Source of the DNA: Candidatus Latescibacterota bacterium
GTDB taxonomy: Bacteria; Latescibacterota; UBA2968; GCA-2709665
NCBI GenBank assembly: GCA_965237675.1
Contig: OZ250150.1
Coordinates: 1,696,001 to 1,760,000, forward strand
Direction of reading: 5' to 3'
Length of the DNA stretch: 64,000 nt
In this document: piece by piece, positions 18,811 through 28,452 of the stretch
Position numbering within the stretch: position 1 is the stretch's first letter
How the letters are laid out: each line of letters begins with the position of its first letter
The notes under the pieces: model-generated
The model's input: only the letters and a program-made list of their open reading frames with translations
What the model was told of the DNA's origin: nothing
Database searches by the model: none
Translations under genes and position numbers: made by a program

Positions 18811-19791
18811 ATGACGGAACTTCGTGCGGGGCTGATCGGATGCGGAGCGATCGGGGGTGTGCATAGCGAGGCGGTGGCCGGGCTGGACGGCATACGAATG
18901 CTGGCGTTCTGCGACGTGGTTGAAGAGAAGGCCCAAGCGTTGTGCGCTCGCTACGGGGGAATCTACGCGACCACCGATGCGGACCGCATCTTCTCCGACG
19001 CTTCGCTGGACGTCGTCTATATCTGCACGCACCATGACACCCATGCCGACTTTTGTATCCGCGCCGCGGAGGCGGGGAAAAATATGCTGGTTGAAAAGCC
19101 TCTTGCGCTGACGGTGGAAGACTGCCGGAGGATCGGGGACGCGGTGGAGCGGCATAGAGTCAAGCTGTTTACGGCCTTCAAGATGCGGTACTATCCGATG
19201 GTTCAGAAAGCCCGCGAGCTTGTTCCCGAACCGTTGATGGTGGTGATGCAGATGATGGACAACCGATGGGGGGATACCTGGGCAAACGATCCCATTCTGG
19301 GTGGAGGCAACGTATTCAGCCAGGGATGCCATTCGTGCGATATCCTGCGATATGTGGCCGGGTCCGATCCGGTGGAGGTCTACGCGGCGGGTGGGAACTA
19401 CTATCAGGCAAACGGCAGACTGGACAATCTGACGGCCACGTTCAGGTTTGAAAATGGCGCAGCCGGTTGCTGGATCCAGGGAGATGCCAACCGGCCGGCG
19501 TTAACCAGCAAGCTTTTTATGGAGATTTTCTCCGAAAATCGTTCCGTTCTACTTACCGACCGGTTCTGTACGCTGACGTATACGGAAACCGGGAAGGAGC
19601 CGGTGGAGTACCGTGGTGAAGAGGGTGGATTCGTCGAGGAGAACCGGCTGTTTGTCGAGGCGCTTCGAACCGGCGCACCCATGGCCGCGGACCACGTGGA
19701 CGGGCTGATGGCCACACTGATGATGATTCAGGCCGGTACGAGCATCCGGACCGGGCGGCCGGAGTGCGTGGCGTCGCTTGCGAGATCTTGA
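18811..19791 (+). CDS. Gfo/Idh/MocA family NAD(P)-dependent oxidoreductase
   Basis: GLIGCGAIG Rossmann motif, DVVYICTHHDTHA, LVEKPLA. ATG at 18811 follows GGAGGAG. Confidence 0.9.
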   Translation: MTELRAGLIGCGAIGGVHSEAVAGLDGIRMLAFCDVVEEKAQALCARYGGIYATTDADRIFSDASLDVVYICTHHDTHADFCIRAAEAGKNMLVEKPLALTVEDCRRIGDAVERHRVKLFTAFKMRYYPMVQKARELVPEPLMVVMQMMDNRWGDTWANDPILGGGNVFSQGCHSCDILRYVAGSDPVEVYAAGGNYYQANGRLDNLTATFRFENGAAGCWIQGDANRPALTSKLFMEIFSENRSVLLTDRFCTLTYTETGKEPVEYRGEEGGFVEENRLFVEALRTGAPMAADHVDGLMATLMMIQAGTSIRTGRPECVASLARS

Positions 19792-19819
19792 GGCCGCCGC
19801 GGAGGGCGGGAGATTTGAA

Positions 19820-22072
19820 ATGAAATCGAGTCGTAATAACGGGTATGGGGTCGTCCTTGTCTTCGCCATAATGACCGTATCGGCAGGAGGGGAAACGATG
19901 CACCCCGTCGGCCATAAACAGGCTGCCGGAACGCGGCGCATGGTCGAACGGCTGGAAAGGGTCGCCCGCAACACGGATCTCGAACTCAACAAATATGGAA
20001 ATGCGGAACGCGCGCGTTATTTTCGTCAAAGGCTCGAGGAACCCCTTGAGCGAACGGAACTGGTGATGGTCCGTGCGCTGCTGGCCGAGGAACTGTTGAA
20101 TGCGGGGCAGACCGGGGAGGCGATCCGCCACTTCCGGGTGGTGCGGGCGGCTGTGGACCGGGGTCCGGCCGAGTTCCCGTCGGGGTTTTCGGAGACGATC
20201 GAGGAACTGCTGGCTATTTCGCACCTGCGGATCGGCGAGCAGGAAAACTGCGTCGTCCACGGGGGAATCGAGGCCTGTCTGCTCCCCATCGGAAGCGCGG
20301 GTATCCACGCCCGTCAACGCGGATCGCGGGCCGCCATTGGCGCCTATACGGCCATCCTCAATCGGGATGCGGGGGATCTGACGGCCCGGTGGCTGCTGAA
20401 CGTGGCGTATATGACTGTCGGGAAGTACCCGAACGGTGTGCCCGAAGCGTGGATTATTCCCCCGGAGGCATTCGATTCCGATTACGATATCGGACGATTC
20501 CGGGATGTTGCGCCGGCGGTGGGCCTCGACGTAATGGGCCTTGCCGGGGGATGCGTGATGGAGGATTTCGACGGAGACGGTCTGCTGGACCTGATGGTAT
20601 CCTCCTGGGGACTTCGAGACCAGATCCGTTTCTTCCGGAACGACGGAGACGGCACGTTTTCGGACCGCACGGAAGCGGCGGGCCTGTTTGGAATCGTCGG
20701 CGGGTTGAACCTGGTCCACGCCGATTACAATAACGACGGATACACGGATGTGCTTGTGTTGCGCGGGGCCTGGTTGAGGCGGGCTGGAGCCCATCCGAAT
20801 TCGTTGTTGCGCAACAACGGGGACGGCACGTTTGACGATGTGACGGCGGCGGCGGGGTTGCTCAGCTTTCATCCCACGCAGACTGCCGCTTGGGCGGATT
20901 ACGACAACGACGGATGGGTTGACCTGTTTATAGGTAACGAAACGGTCGATGGCGACGTTCACCTCTGCGAGCTTTTCCGCAACAACGGAGACGGAACCTT
21001 TACGGACGCGGCGCGGGAGGCGGGGGTCGCGACGGAGGGCTACGTAAAGGGATGTATATGGGGGGATTACGATAACGACGGGTTTCCGGATCTGTACGTC
21101 TCACGCCTGCTGGAGCCCAATCTCCTTTACCGGAACGCCGGCAGGGATTCGGAGGGCCGGTGGCGTTTCGAGGATGTGAGCGAGGCGGCCGGCGTCACGG
21201 AGCCGCTGAACAGCTTCCCGGCCTGGTTCTGGGACTACGACAATGACGGCTGGCTGGATCTGTTCGTTTCCGGATACCGTGCCAACTCCGGCGACGTGGC
21301 CGCCGAATACCTGGGAATTACCACGGACGCGGAGCGGCCCCGGCTTTACCGGAACCGGCGGGACGGTACGTTCGCCGATGTGACACGAGAATGCGGTCTG
21401 GATAAAGTGATGTATACCATGGGGTGCAATTTCGGCGACCTGGACAACGACGGATTTCAGGATTTCTACGTGGGCACCGGGGACCCGGACTACCGTGAGA
21501 TCATGCCGAACCGGATGTTTCGCAACGCGGGAGGCGCGTTTTTCCAGGATGTGACGACTTCCGGCGGGTTCGGGCATTTGCAGAAAGGGCACGGCGTGGC
21601 TTTCGGCGATATCGATAACGACGGCGACCAGGACATCTACGCTGTGATGGGCGGGGCGTATTCGGGTGACGTGTTTCAGAATGTGCTTTTCGAAAATCCT
21701 GGACACGGCAACCGATGGATCGTGCTCAAGCTGGAGGGATTGCGGTCCAACCGGGCGGCGATCGGAGCGCGGATAACGGTGCGGGTGGAGACGGGCGAGG
21801 GGGTTGCCGACGTCCACGCGAGCGTAACCGCCGGCGGGAGCTTCGGCGCGTCCCCCCTGCAACAGGAGATCGGACTCGGAAGGGCAACGCGTATCCGGGA
21901 GGTGGGGATCACGTGGCCCGCGACGGGTCAGGTCCAGGTTTTCAAGGAGGTGGAGATGGACCGCGCATATCGGGTACGGGAGGGCCACCCCGTGCTCATG
22001 CCAATGCCATTCAAACGCCTGCGCATGTCTCCCCTGACGGGACGGAAGCGAGCTTCTCACCATCATCACTGA
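19820..22072 (+). CDS. CRTAC1-family protein (helical N-domain + FG-GAP/VCBS + ASPIC/UnbV)
   Basis: Many DYDNDGxxD / RNNGDGTFxD repeats. GFGHLQKGHGVAFGDIDNDGDQD, SNRAAIGARITV, GGSFG...EIGLG. Ends in HHHH. Confidence 0.9.
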   Translation: MKSSRNNGYGVVLVFAIMTVSAGGETMHPVGHKQAAGTRRMVERLERVARNTDLELNKYGNAERARYFRQRLEEPLERTELVMVRALLAEELLNAGQTGEAIRHFRVVRAAVDRGPAEFPSGFSETIEELLAISHLRIGEQENCVVHGGIEACLLPIGSAGIHARQRGSRAAIGAYTAILNRDAGDLTARWLLNVAYMTVGKYPNGVPEAWIIPPEAFDSDYDIGRFRDVAPAVGLDVMGLAGGCVMEDFDGDGLLDLMVSSWGLRDQIRFFRNDGDGTFSDRTEAAGLFGIVGGLNLVHADYNNDGYTDVLVLRGAWLRRAGAHPNSLLRNNGDGTFDDVTAAAGLLSFHPTQTAAWADYDNDGWVDLFIGNETVDGDVHLCELFRNNGDGTFTDAAREAGVATEGYVKGCIWGDYDNDGFPDLYVSRLLEPNLLYRNAGRDSEGRWRFEDVSEAAGVTEPLNSFPAWFWDYDNDGWLDLFVSGYRANSGDVAAEYLGITTDAERPRLYRNRRDGTFADVTRECGLDKVMYTMGCNFGDLDNDGFQDFYVGTGDPDYREIMPNRMFRNAGGAFFQDVTTSGGFGHLQKGHGVAFGDIDNDGDQDIYAVMGGAYSGDVFQNVLFENPGHGNRWIVLKLEGLRSNRAAIGARITVRVETGEGVADVHASVTAGGSFGASPLQQEIGLGRATRIREVGITWPATGQVQVFKEVEMDRAYRVREGHPVLMPMPFKRLRMSPLTGRKRASHHHH

Positions 22073-22092
22073 AATCATCGCGAGGTAACGCC

Positions 22093-24447
22093 ATGAAGGA
22101 ACACAGACATCCGCACCCGCACAAGGATCCGCGCCAGCCCAGGGCAGACGCCAGGCCGGGGACCAACCCCCCCGTTTTTGCGTGGCTGCCGGTGCCCTCG
22201 GTATCGGGCTATCGCCTGCAGGTGGCGCGGGATTCGAGCTTTGAGACTATCTGCCTGGACAAGGGTGATTTGCAGGATCCCTTATTCCTTCCCGAAACGG
22301 CATTTGAGCCCGGGAGGTATTTCTGGCGGTGGTCCTCGGGGCCTGCCGCGACGTCCGAGGTTTTCGCGTTTGATATCGGGGCCGAGGCGGCGGTGGTGGA
22401 GGTGCCGCCGGCAAGCGAGTGGCTGAAGCGATTCCCGGCGGAACACCCGCGCATCTACGTCCGTCCGGAGGAGGTGCCGGCGCTGCGGGCGGCGGTACGC
22501 GGCGCCCTGGCCCCCGCATGGGAAACCCTTCGGAGCAGCGCCCAGTCCGTTTTGGCCGAGGCGCATGAGATCGACGAGCCGCCCTTTCTGCCCGACCGAA
22601 GCAAGAACTATCAGGCATACCACGAGACCTGGGCGCCGGTGATGTGGAACTCACGGCGGTTCGTCAAAGGCGCCGAGACCCTGGCGTTGGCCCATCTCGT
22701 GGGCGGGGAGGATCGATATGCCCGCGCCGCGTGCCGGAGGTTGGCGTCCATATCCCGTTGGGACCCGGAGGGGTCCAGCCACCTTGCCCACAATGACGAA
22801 GCCCACATGTCGGTGATCTGGAACGGCTCGAACGCGTGCGACTGGGTGTGGGACCGTTTTATCGACAAGGAACGGGACGCCGTCGTGGAACAATTCCGGC
22901 AGCGGGGACAGATTACGTTCGACCATATGCACAACAGGGGATCCTACGGGGTAACGCGTTTCGACTCGCACGCAGGCCGCGAGATCGTGTTCCTGGCGCA
23001 CATCGCTCTGGTATTCCACGAGCATATTCCCGAGGCGCAGACATGGCTGGAATGGCTGAGGCCGGTGCTGTGCGGCGTGTGGCCGATCTGGTCGGGTGAC
23101 GACGGGGCATGGGCGGAAGGACCTTCATACGGATTGGCTTACGTGACGATTATGTCCATGTTCGCCACGGCGCTGAAGCGGGGCGCCGGCGTGGACCTGT
23201 ACCGGCGGCCTTTCTGGAAAAACCACGCCCGATGGCGACAGTACTGTCTGCCGCCCTATGCCGAATGGATGGGCTTCGGCGACCATACGGAGCGTTGGGC
23301 CGGCACGTGGAGGTCCAACGCGGATCTCGTGGATCTGATCGGACGCGAGACGGGTACGGATGAGTTCACGGAATACGTGAAGGCGTTCCGGGCGGAGGCG
23401 GAGCGTATGCAGACGCCGAAGGAGCGGCGCAGCGCGGGGGTTACGTCACAGCTCTTCCTGGCAGCGACTGAAAGTGCGCCACCGCCGTCCGACGCGGCGG
23501 ATTCAAGGTTCCGCGTGTTTCCCGCCGCGGGCTGGTGCGCGGTACGAACCGATCTGGACGATCCCGCCCGCGATATCGCGCTGATCTTTCGCTCTTCTCC
23601 ACTGGGCGCCATCAGTCACTCTCACGCGAATAACAACGATTTCATTCTGCACGCCGGGGGCAAGGTGATGGCGATGCCGAGCGGCTATTACGCCGGGTAC
23701 GGTTCGGACCACCACACCCACTGGGTGTGGCACACCCGGTCTCACAACTGCGTGACGCTCTCGGACGCCTCCCAGATCATGCGATCGCACGAATCGCGGG
23801 GGAGCATTGAGAATCCATTCGAGGACGAGCGGCTCGTTTACTTTGTGGGCATCGCGGACGCCAGCTACAGCGAACGCGCGAAACGGTGCCGGAGGCATGT
23901 AATTTTCCTGAAGGCGCAGAGCTGTTTTGTGATGATCGACGAGTTTGTCGCGGTTACCGGCATCGATTCGGCGCTCCAGTGGAATATCCACTCCTGGAAT
24001 CGTTTCGCGGTGGACGAGCAGGAAAGAACTTTCCTGCTGGAGCGTGAAGGAAGTTCACTCGAAGGGCATTTCATGTACCACAATAACGCGTTTTTCTCCC
24101 TGAGCGAGGGTTGGGACCCTCCGCCGATGCGGACCGGCAAGGACGAATCACAGTGGCACCAGCAGTACCACCTGTGTTTTACGCCATCCGGACTGGTCAA
24201 CCGCCGGAACCTGGGCGTCGTGCTGTGCCCGGGGCATGGGTCTCTTGACCGCGCGGAGGTGCAGACCGAGCGATCGGGTAAAACGGAAGTCGCGCGGATC
24301 GGGGAGGACCTTGTGCTGGTGGGCGGTCGAGATGGCGTGGCATACGGCAACCATCGCTCAGACGGGCTGGCGCTGCTGGTCGTGCAGGGCCGGGGGTACG
24401 AACTTCGGGATAAGGGCCTTGTAACGGGACGCGGCGAGGTGCATTAG
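22093..24447 (+). CDS. DUF4962-like + heparinase II/III-like polysaccharide lyase (PL15 oligo-alginate-lyase-like), no signal peptide
   Basis: Motifs NPPVFAW, EHPRIY, DSHAGR, WAEGPSYG, MGFGD, FRSSPLGAISHSHANNNDF...SGYY...HTRSHNC. ATG at 22093 follows GAGG. Confidence 0.85.
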   Translation: MKEHRHPHPHKDPRQPRADARPGTNPPVFAWLPVPSVSGYRLQVARDSSFETICLDKGDLQDPLFLPETAFEPGRYFWRWSSGPAATSEVFAFDIGAEAAVVEVPPASEWLKRFPAEHPRIYVRPEEVPALRAAVRGALAPAWETLRSSAQSVLAEAHEIDEPPFLPDRSKNYQAYHETWAPVMWNSRRFVKGAETLALAHLVGGEDRYARAACRRLASISRWDPEGSSHLAHNDEAHMSVIWNGSNACDWVWDRFIDKERDAVVEQFRQRGQITFDHMHNRGSYGVTRFDSHAGREIVFLAHIALVFHEHIPEAQTWLEWLRPVLCGVWPIWSGDDGAWAEGPSYGLAYVTIMSMFATALKRGAGVDLYRRPFWKNHARWRQYCLPPYAEWMGFGDHTERWAGTWRSNADLVDLIGRETGTDEFTEYVKAFRAEAERMQTPKERRSAGVTSQLFLAATESAPPPSDAADSRFRVFPAAGWCAVRTDLDDPARDIALIFRSSPLGAISHSHANNNDFILHAGGKVMAMPSGYYAGYGSDHHTHWVWHTRSHNCVTLSDASQIMRSHESRGSIENPFEDERLVYFVGIADASYSERAKRCRRHVIFLKAQSCFVMIDEFVAVTGIDSALQWNIHSWNRFAVDEQERTFLLEREGSSLEGHFMYHNNAFFSLSEGWDPPPMRTGKDESQWHQQYHLCFTPSGLVNRRNLGVVLCPGHGSLDRAEVQTERSGKTEVARIGEDLVLVGGRDGVAYGNHRSDGLALLVVQGRGYELRDKGLVTGRGEVH

Positions 24448-24669
24448 CGCCATACGTGTGCCGCCGAAGGATAGGATTTCCGTACGTCTGCAGCAGGTCG
24501 GACGCTCTGTAGAGTCTGGCTTGGCCGTAGCAAGGGAGAGGGGTTACGTTTGTATTGCGGGACCGCGGGGTAGGTGTCTAGGACCCCGTATATCCAATGT
24601 AACCCGGCGTGGTGTTTCATCCGTATTGTTGGAAAAATCCCTTGAAACAGTCTTTACGAGGAGGTGGCC

Positions 24670-27600
24670 GTGAAAAATGGATCGGCGGGTCTGAAGGTGG
24701 ATGAGTTGAAAGACCTGTGTCTGGAGACGGCACTGGTGGTCAACGGTGAGCCTCAGGCGAAGATCGTCATCGGGGGGGATGGAGCGCACGAGCGGTTGGC
24801 GGGACGGATCGTTGAGCGGGTCGAGGCGGCGACGGGCGCGCGGCTGGAGGTGGTCCGGGCGGGCGAGGCGGCGCCCGGGATGCTGTTGGAGGGGCACGTG
24901 GTGGCGCTGGGGAATATGGCTGACAACGCCTTTATCCGGTGGCTGTATTACCAGTGGTGGGCGGTGGAAGACCGCTGTTATCCCGGCAGGGGCGGGTACG
25001 CGCTGCGGACGATGCACAATCCCCTGGGGAACGGAAAGAACGTGGTGCTGCTCGGGGCCAGCGACGCCGCCGGGCTGGAGCGTGTGACGTCGCGTTTTGT
25101 GGGGCTTGTGCCCGACGAAAAGACGCTCAGCTTCGGGTGGTTGATGGACATCAGGCTCGGTTCCGGGTTCGACGCTTTTGGCTGTCCGCCGGAGGGGTGG
25201 TTGCAGGAGCGGCGGGAGGACTTCATTGCGCGTGCCACCGCACCGCACGCTTCCGAATCAGGCGCGGGCTTTGAGCTGATTTCGGAGGCGGGCGCGTACG
25301 GGTTGATGTATCACCGGACCGGGCACGAGGCCTATGCGGCGGCCGTTCGGGAGATCGCAGAGGCGCATCTGAGGATGGGCGAGCACGGGGTGATGGCGCA
25401 CTTTCACGTCTGGTGGCTGGCGGTGGTCTGGGACCTGATCGAGGAGAGCCCGGTGTTCTCGGACGAGGACCGGCTGAAGATCACGCAATATCTGCTGTGG
25501 ATCATGGATTCCGCGGAGGGGGCGTATACCCAGTTCTTCCGCCAGGGTGTGGGGCACCGGATGATCCGGCAGAACCACCAGACGCTGGTGGCGCTGGCGG
25601 CGTGGTTCGGAGGGCGGTATTTTTCAACGCACTACGGTTTTGAGGAATCGAAGGAGTGGATGGCTGCGTCTGCGGACGTGTTCAAGGGGCAGGCGGTGTC
25701 GTTCAAGCCGATTGAGGACGCCAACGCTTACCAGTGGATGACGCTGGACCACATGTTGACCTATTCGCTGGCAAGCGGGGATACCACGTATATCGACAAT
25801 GGAAACTGCAAGCGGTCGCTGGACCAGGCGGTGCTTTACTGCAACAACCGGGGAGCGCTGCCCGCGTTTGGAGATACGGGCGCTCCGATGGACGGATACC
25901 CGACGAATTTCCTGGTCAAAGCGGGGCATGTGCTGCAGGACGGACGCGCGGCGTTCCTGCTCGGCAAACGGTTCGACAGGCCGTCGGACTATTTTCGGCC
26001 GCAGCCGCCGGGAGAGCGCTACGAGAGCGTGAGCGATCCGTTGCTGGTGAGGAGTTTTGAGAAGTACTTCTGCGACGGACTGGCGCCCGAGGTTCCCGAC
26101 GGGATGGCCGGCGTGCAGGTGCTGGAGGTTGCTGGCGGGTTCTACGATTTCGCGGAAGACCCGCAGGCGAAAGAGCGCGAAGTGAAGCCGCTGAACATGC
26201 AAAGAGAAGACGCGTTCGATACGGTCTGTTTCCGGGAGGGGTTCGAGCGGGAGGACCAGTACCTGATGCTCCACGGGATCTTTTACGGCAACCACAGCCA
26301 CGAAGACGGGAATACCATACCGGAATTTTCGGCGAACGATCGGATTTTCCTGGTGGATGCGTCGTATACGGAGGGGCCGACGCTTAAGCACCACAATGGC
26401 GTGACGGCGGTCCGGGATGGAGAGGCGTGGGAAGTACCTGCACTGTGCCGGCTGGAGGGTGTGGCGGATCTGGGTCGCGTGGGCATGAGCCGGACGTCCG
26501 TGACAGGGGACTGGGGCGCGTTGTGGGTTCGGAACGTGGTGTGGCGCAGGGGGCGTTATTTTGTGGTGGTGGATGAGGTTGAAGCGACAAAGGCGGGCGC
26601 GTTCGCGCTGCAGTGTCACTGGCGCACATTGGGGACACCCGCTTTGAGGGACGGTACGCTCGAGGTGGTGCAGCAAGACCCGGACAGCGGGCGGGAAGAT
26701 CGGTTTGTTCTGCAGAGCGTGGGCGGTGGCCGGATGTCGCTGGAGCGGGACTGGGAGAATTTCGGCCACTGGTGGGATGCATATCCCTATGCGGATGACT
26801 ATGTGAATATCCTGCGCGAGTCGGCCAACCGGGAGATGGCGGTCGGAGACCGGCACACGTTTATCAACCTGTTCTATGCGTCGAGCCCGCACAAGCCCGT
26901 GGACGACCGGATGCGTCGCGTGGGCGATTCGGCCGTGGTGGTCGAAGGGTCGGACGGCCGGATGGTAGTGGGGACGGGGAGCGGGACCGGCGCGTTTGCG
27001 GTTGGGCCTCTTTCCGGCCGCGCCGGGATCTATGCGGCCGGCGATGGGTGGTTTGCGCTGTGCAACGGGACGTCGCTGTCGACGCAAGACACGATTTTTG
27101 AAAGCGAGCTTCCTGTTTCGATCGAGTTCGATCTGGAGTCGGGTGAGGGCGTGGTCGTGGCGCCGGAACCCGTTGAGATCACGCTGTGCGGAGAACGGTT
27201 ACGCGTTATGGCCGGAAGGCAGGCGGTGAAAACGAGGAAGCCCGGGGCGGGTGTATTGTCGCTGGACGGGGTTGCAGACCTGCCGGCGTGGGAGGCGGGC
27301 TCCCGGGCGCGAGCGCAGGCGGCATCGGTTCCCGGGCTGCGCAGGGTTTGGACCTACGATGCCGGTTCGGGCGTACGTTGCGCCGCTGCCGGAGAGGATG
27401 GGGTGGTTCTGGGTACGGAGGACGGACGGGTGGTGGCTCTGGACGAAAACGGAAAGCCGGCCTGGTCCTTCCAGGCGGAAGGGCGCGTGCTTTCGGTGTG
27501 CCCGGTGGTCATGGACGGCCGGCGTTGTGTGATTGCAGGCGCGGACGACCGGCGCCTCTATCTGCTGGAGGAAGGCGGAGGCGTGCGGTGGTCGCGCGCG

Positions 27601-28407
27601 TTTGAGGTCTACAGGGGGACGTGGGACCGGTACGCCCGGAATTCCGCGGTGGAGTTCGTGACGGCGGCGGACCTGCGTGGAGACGGGCGGTTGGATATTC
27701 TGGCGGCGGTCTCGGACCGGAAGCTTCACTGTTTTGACGCGAGTGGAAACGAGCGGTGGAGCTTTATGATCTACGGGATTTTTGCGCCGCTTCGCGCGGC
27801 GGATATCAACGGGGATGGGAAGCAGGAGGTGATCGGCGGTCCGGGCCGGATCACCTGCGGGGGGACCTGCTATGTGCTGGACGCCGACGGCGGCCAAACT
27901 GCGAGCCATGGGCTGGACGGGTGGGCGTCGATGATGCCTGCCTGCGACGTGTGGGTGCAGGGGGAAGATCACCTGGTTGTGTGCGGCACGAACCGGTCGA
28001 ATGTCTTTGCGTTGAAACTCGAATGCGGTCGATTGGAGACGCTCTGGAAGCAGAGAGTGGGAGAGGAAGTCAACGCGATCTGTGCGGTGGACGTGGATGG
28101 GGACGACAGGCCGGAGGTCGTGGTCGGGTCGGACTGTTTTTATCTCTATTTGCTGGATGAGCACGGTACGGAGCGGTGGCGGCGTAACCTGGGGGCGCCC
28201 GTGGAGCGGGTGATCGTCGGTGATCTGAACGGGAGCCCGAAGATTGTGGCGGGGTGTGAGGACGGGACCGTATGGGTTCTGGACGGGGAGGGCACGCCGG
28301 TTGCCAGACACCAGCAACAGGGCGCGGTCCACGCCTTGACTGCCGACGGCAGGGGCCATCTGATGCTGGGTGGGTCGGATGGGACGCTTTCGGTGCTGGG
28401 GGTGTGA
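24670..28407 (+). CDS. Large heparinase II/III-like protein with N-terminal alpha/beta domain and C-terminal PQQ/FG-GAP-like beta-propeller (paralog 1)
   Basis: Motifs WDLIEESPVFS, QNHQT, EDANAYQW, PAFGD, HSHEDGN, LVDASY...HHNG, VVVDE. Propeller repeats ADINGDGKQEVI and VDVDGDDRPEVV. GTG at 24670 follows AGGAGGT (24664 also possible). Confidence 0.8.
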   Translation: MKNGSAGLKVDELKDLCLETALVVNGEPQAKIVIGGDGAHERLAGRIVERVEAATGARLEVVRAGEAAPGMLLEGHVVALGNMADNAFIRWLYYQWWAVEDRCYPGRGGYALRTMHNPLGNGKNVVLLGASDAAGLERVTSRFVGLVPDEKTLSFGWLMDIRLGSGFDAFGCPPEGWLQERREDFIARATAPHASESGAGFELISEAGAYGLMYHRTGHEAYAAAVREIAEAHLRMGEHGVMAHFHVWWLAVVWDLIEESPVFSDEDRLKITQYLLWIMDSAEGAYTQFFRQGVGHRMIRQNHQTLVALAAWFGGRYFSTHYGFEESKEWMAASADVFKGQAVSFKPIEDANAYQWMTLDHMLTYSLASGDTTYIDNGNCKRSLDQAVLYCNNRGALPAFGDTGAPMDGYPTNFLVKAGHVLQDGRAAFLLGKRFDRPSDYFRPQPPGERYESVSDPLLVRSFEKYFCDGLAPEVPDGMAGVQVLEVAGGFYDFAEDPQAKEREVKPLNMQREDAFDTVCFREGFEREDQYLMLHGIFYGNHSHEDGNTIPEFSANDRIFLVDASYTEGPTLKHHNGVTAVRDGEAWEVPALCRLEGVADLGRVGMSRTSVTGDWGALWVRNVVWRRGRYFVVVDEVEATKAGAFALQCHWRTLGTPALRDGTLEVVQQDPDSGREDRFVLQSVGGGRMSLERDWENFGHWWDAYPYADDYVNILRESANREMAVGDRHTFINLFYASSPHKPVDDRMRRVGDSAVVVEGSDGRMVVGTGSGTGAFAVGPLSGRAGIYAAGDGWFALCNGTSLSTQDTIFESELPVSIEFDLESGEGVVVAPEPVEITLCGERLRVMAGRQAVKTRKPGAGVLSLDGVADLPAWEAGSRARAQAASVPGLRRVWTYDAGSGVRCAAAGEDGVVLGTEDGRVVALDENGKPAWSFQAEGRVLSVCPVVMDGRRCVIAGADDRRLYLLEEGGGVRWSRAFEVYRGTWDRYARNSAVEFVTAADLRGDGRLDILAAVSDRKLHCFDASGNERWSFMIYGIFAPLRAADINGDGKQEVIGGPGRITCGGTCYVLDADGGQTASHGLDGWASMMPACDVWVQGEDHLVVCGTNRSNVFALKLECGRLETLWKQRVGEEVNAICAVDVDGDDRPEVVVGSDCFYLYLLDEHGTERWRRNLGAPVERVIVGDLNGSPKIVAGCEDGTVWVLDGEGTPVARHQQQGAVHALTADGRGHLMLGGSDGTLSVLGV

Positions 28408-28452
28408 GGGTTTTGGGGAAGGCAGTCGGTTATATCTGCGAGAGGTGCAAAG

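Noticed and set aside
21715-22092. Long N-terminal extensions in the ORF track (21715, 11930, 18655, 32045, 34946, 51175, 63092)
   Set aside because: They overlap upstream genes or repeats and lack homology-like content. Downstream starts with RBS or signal peptides were preferred.
24567-24588. GGGG...GGTGTCTAG...CCCC resembling the flank of the IS1380 right end
   Set aside because: Only a 9-nt match with no partner end, compatible with chance.
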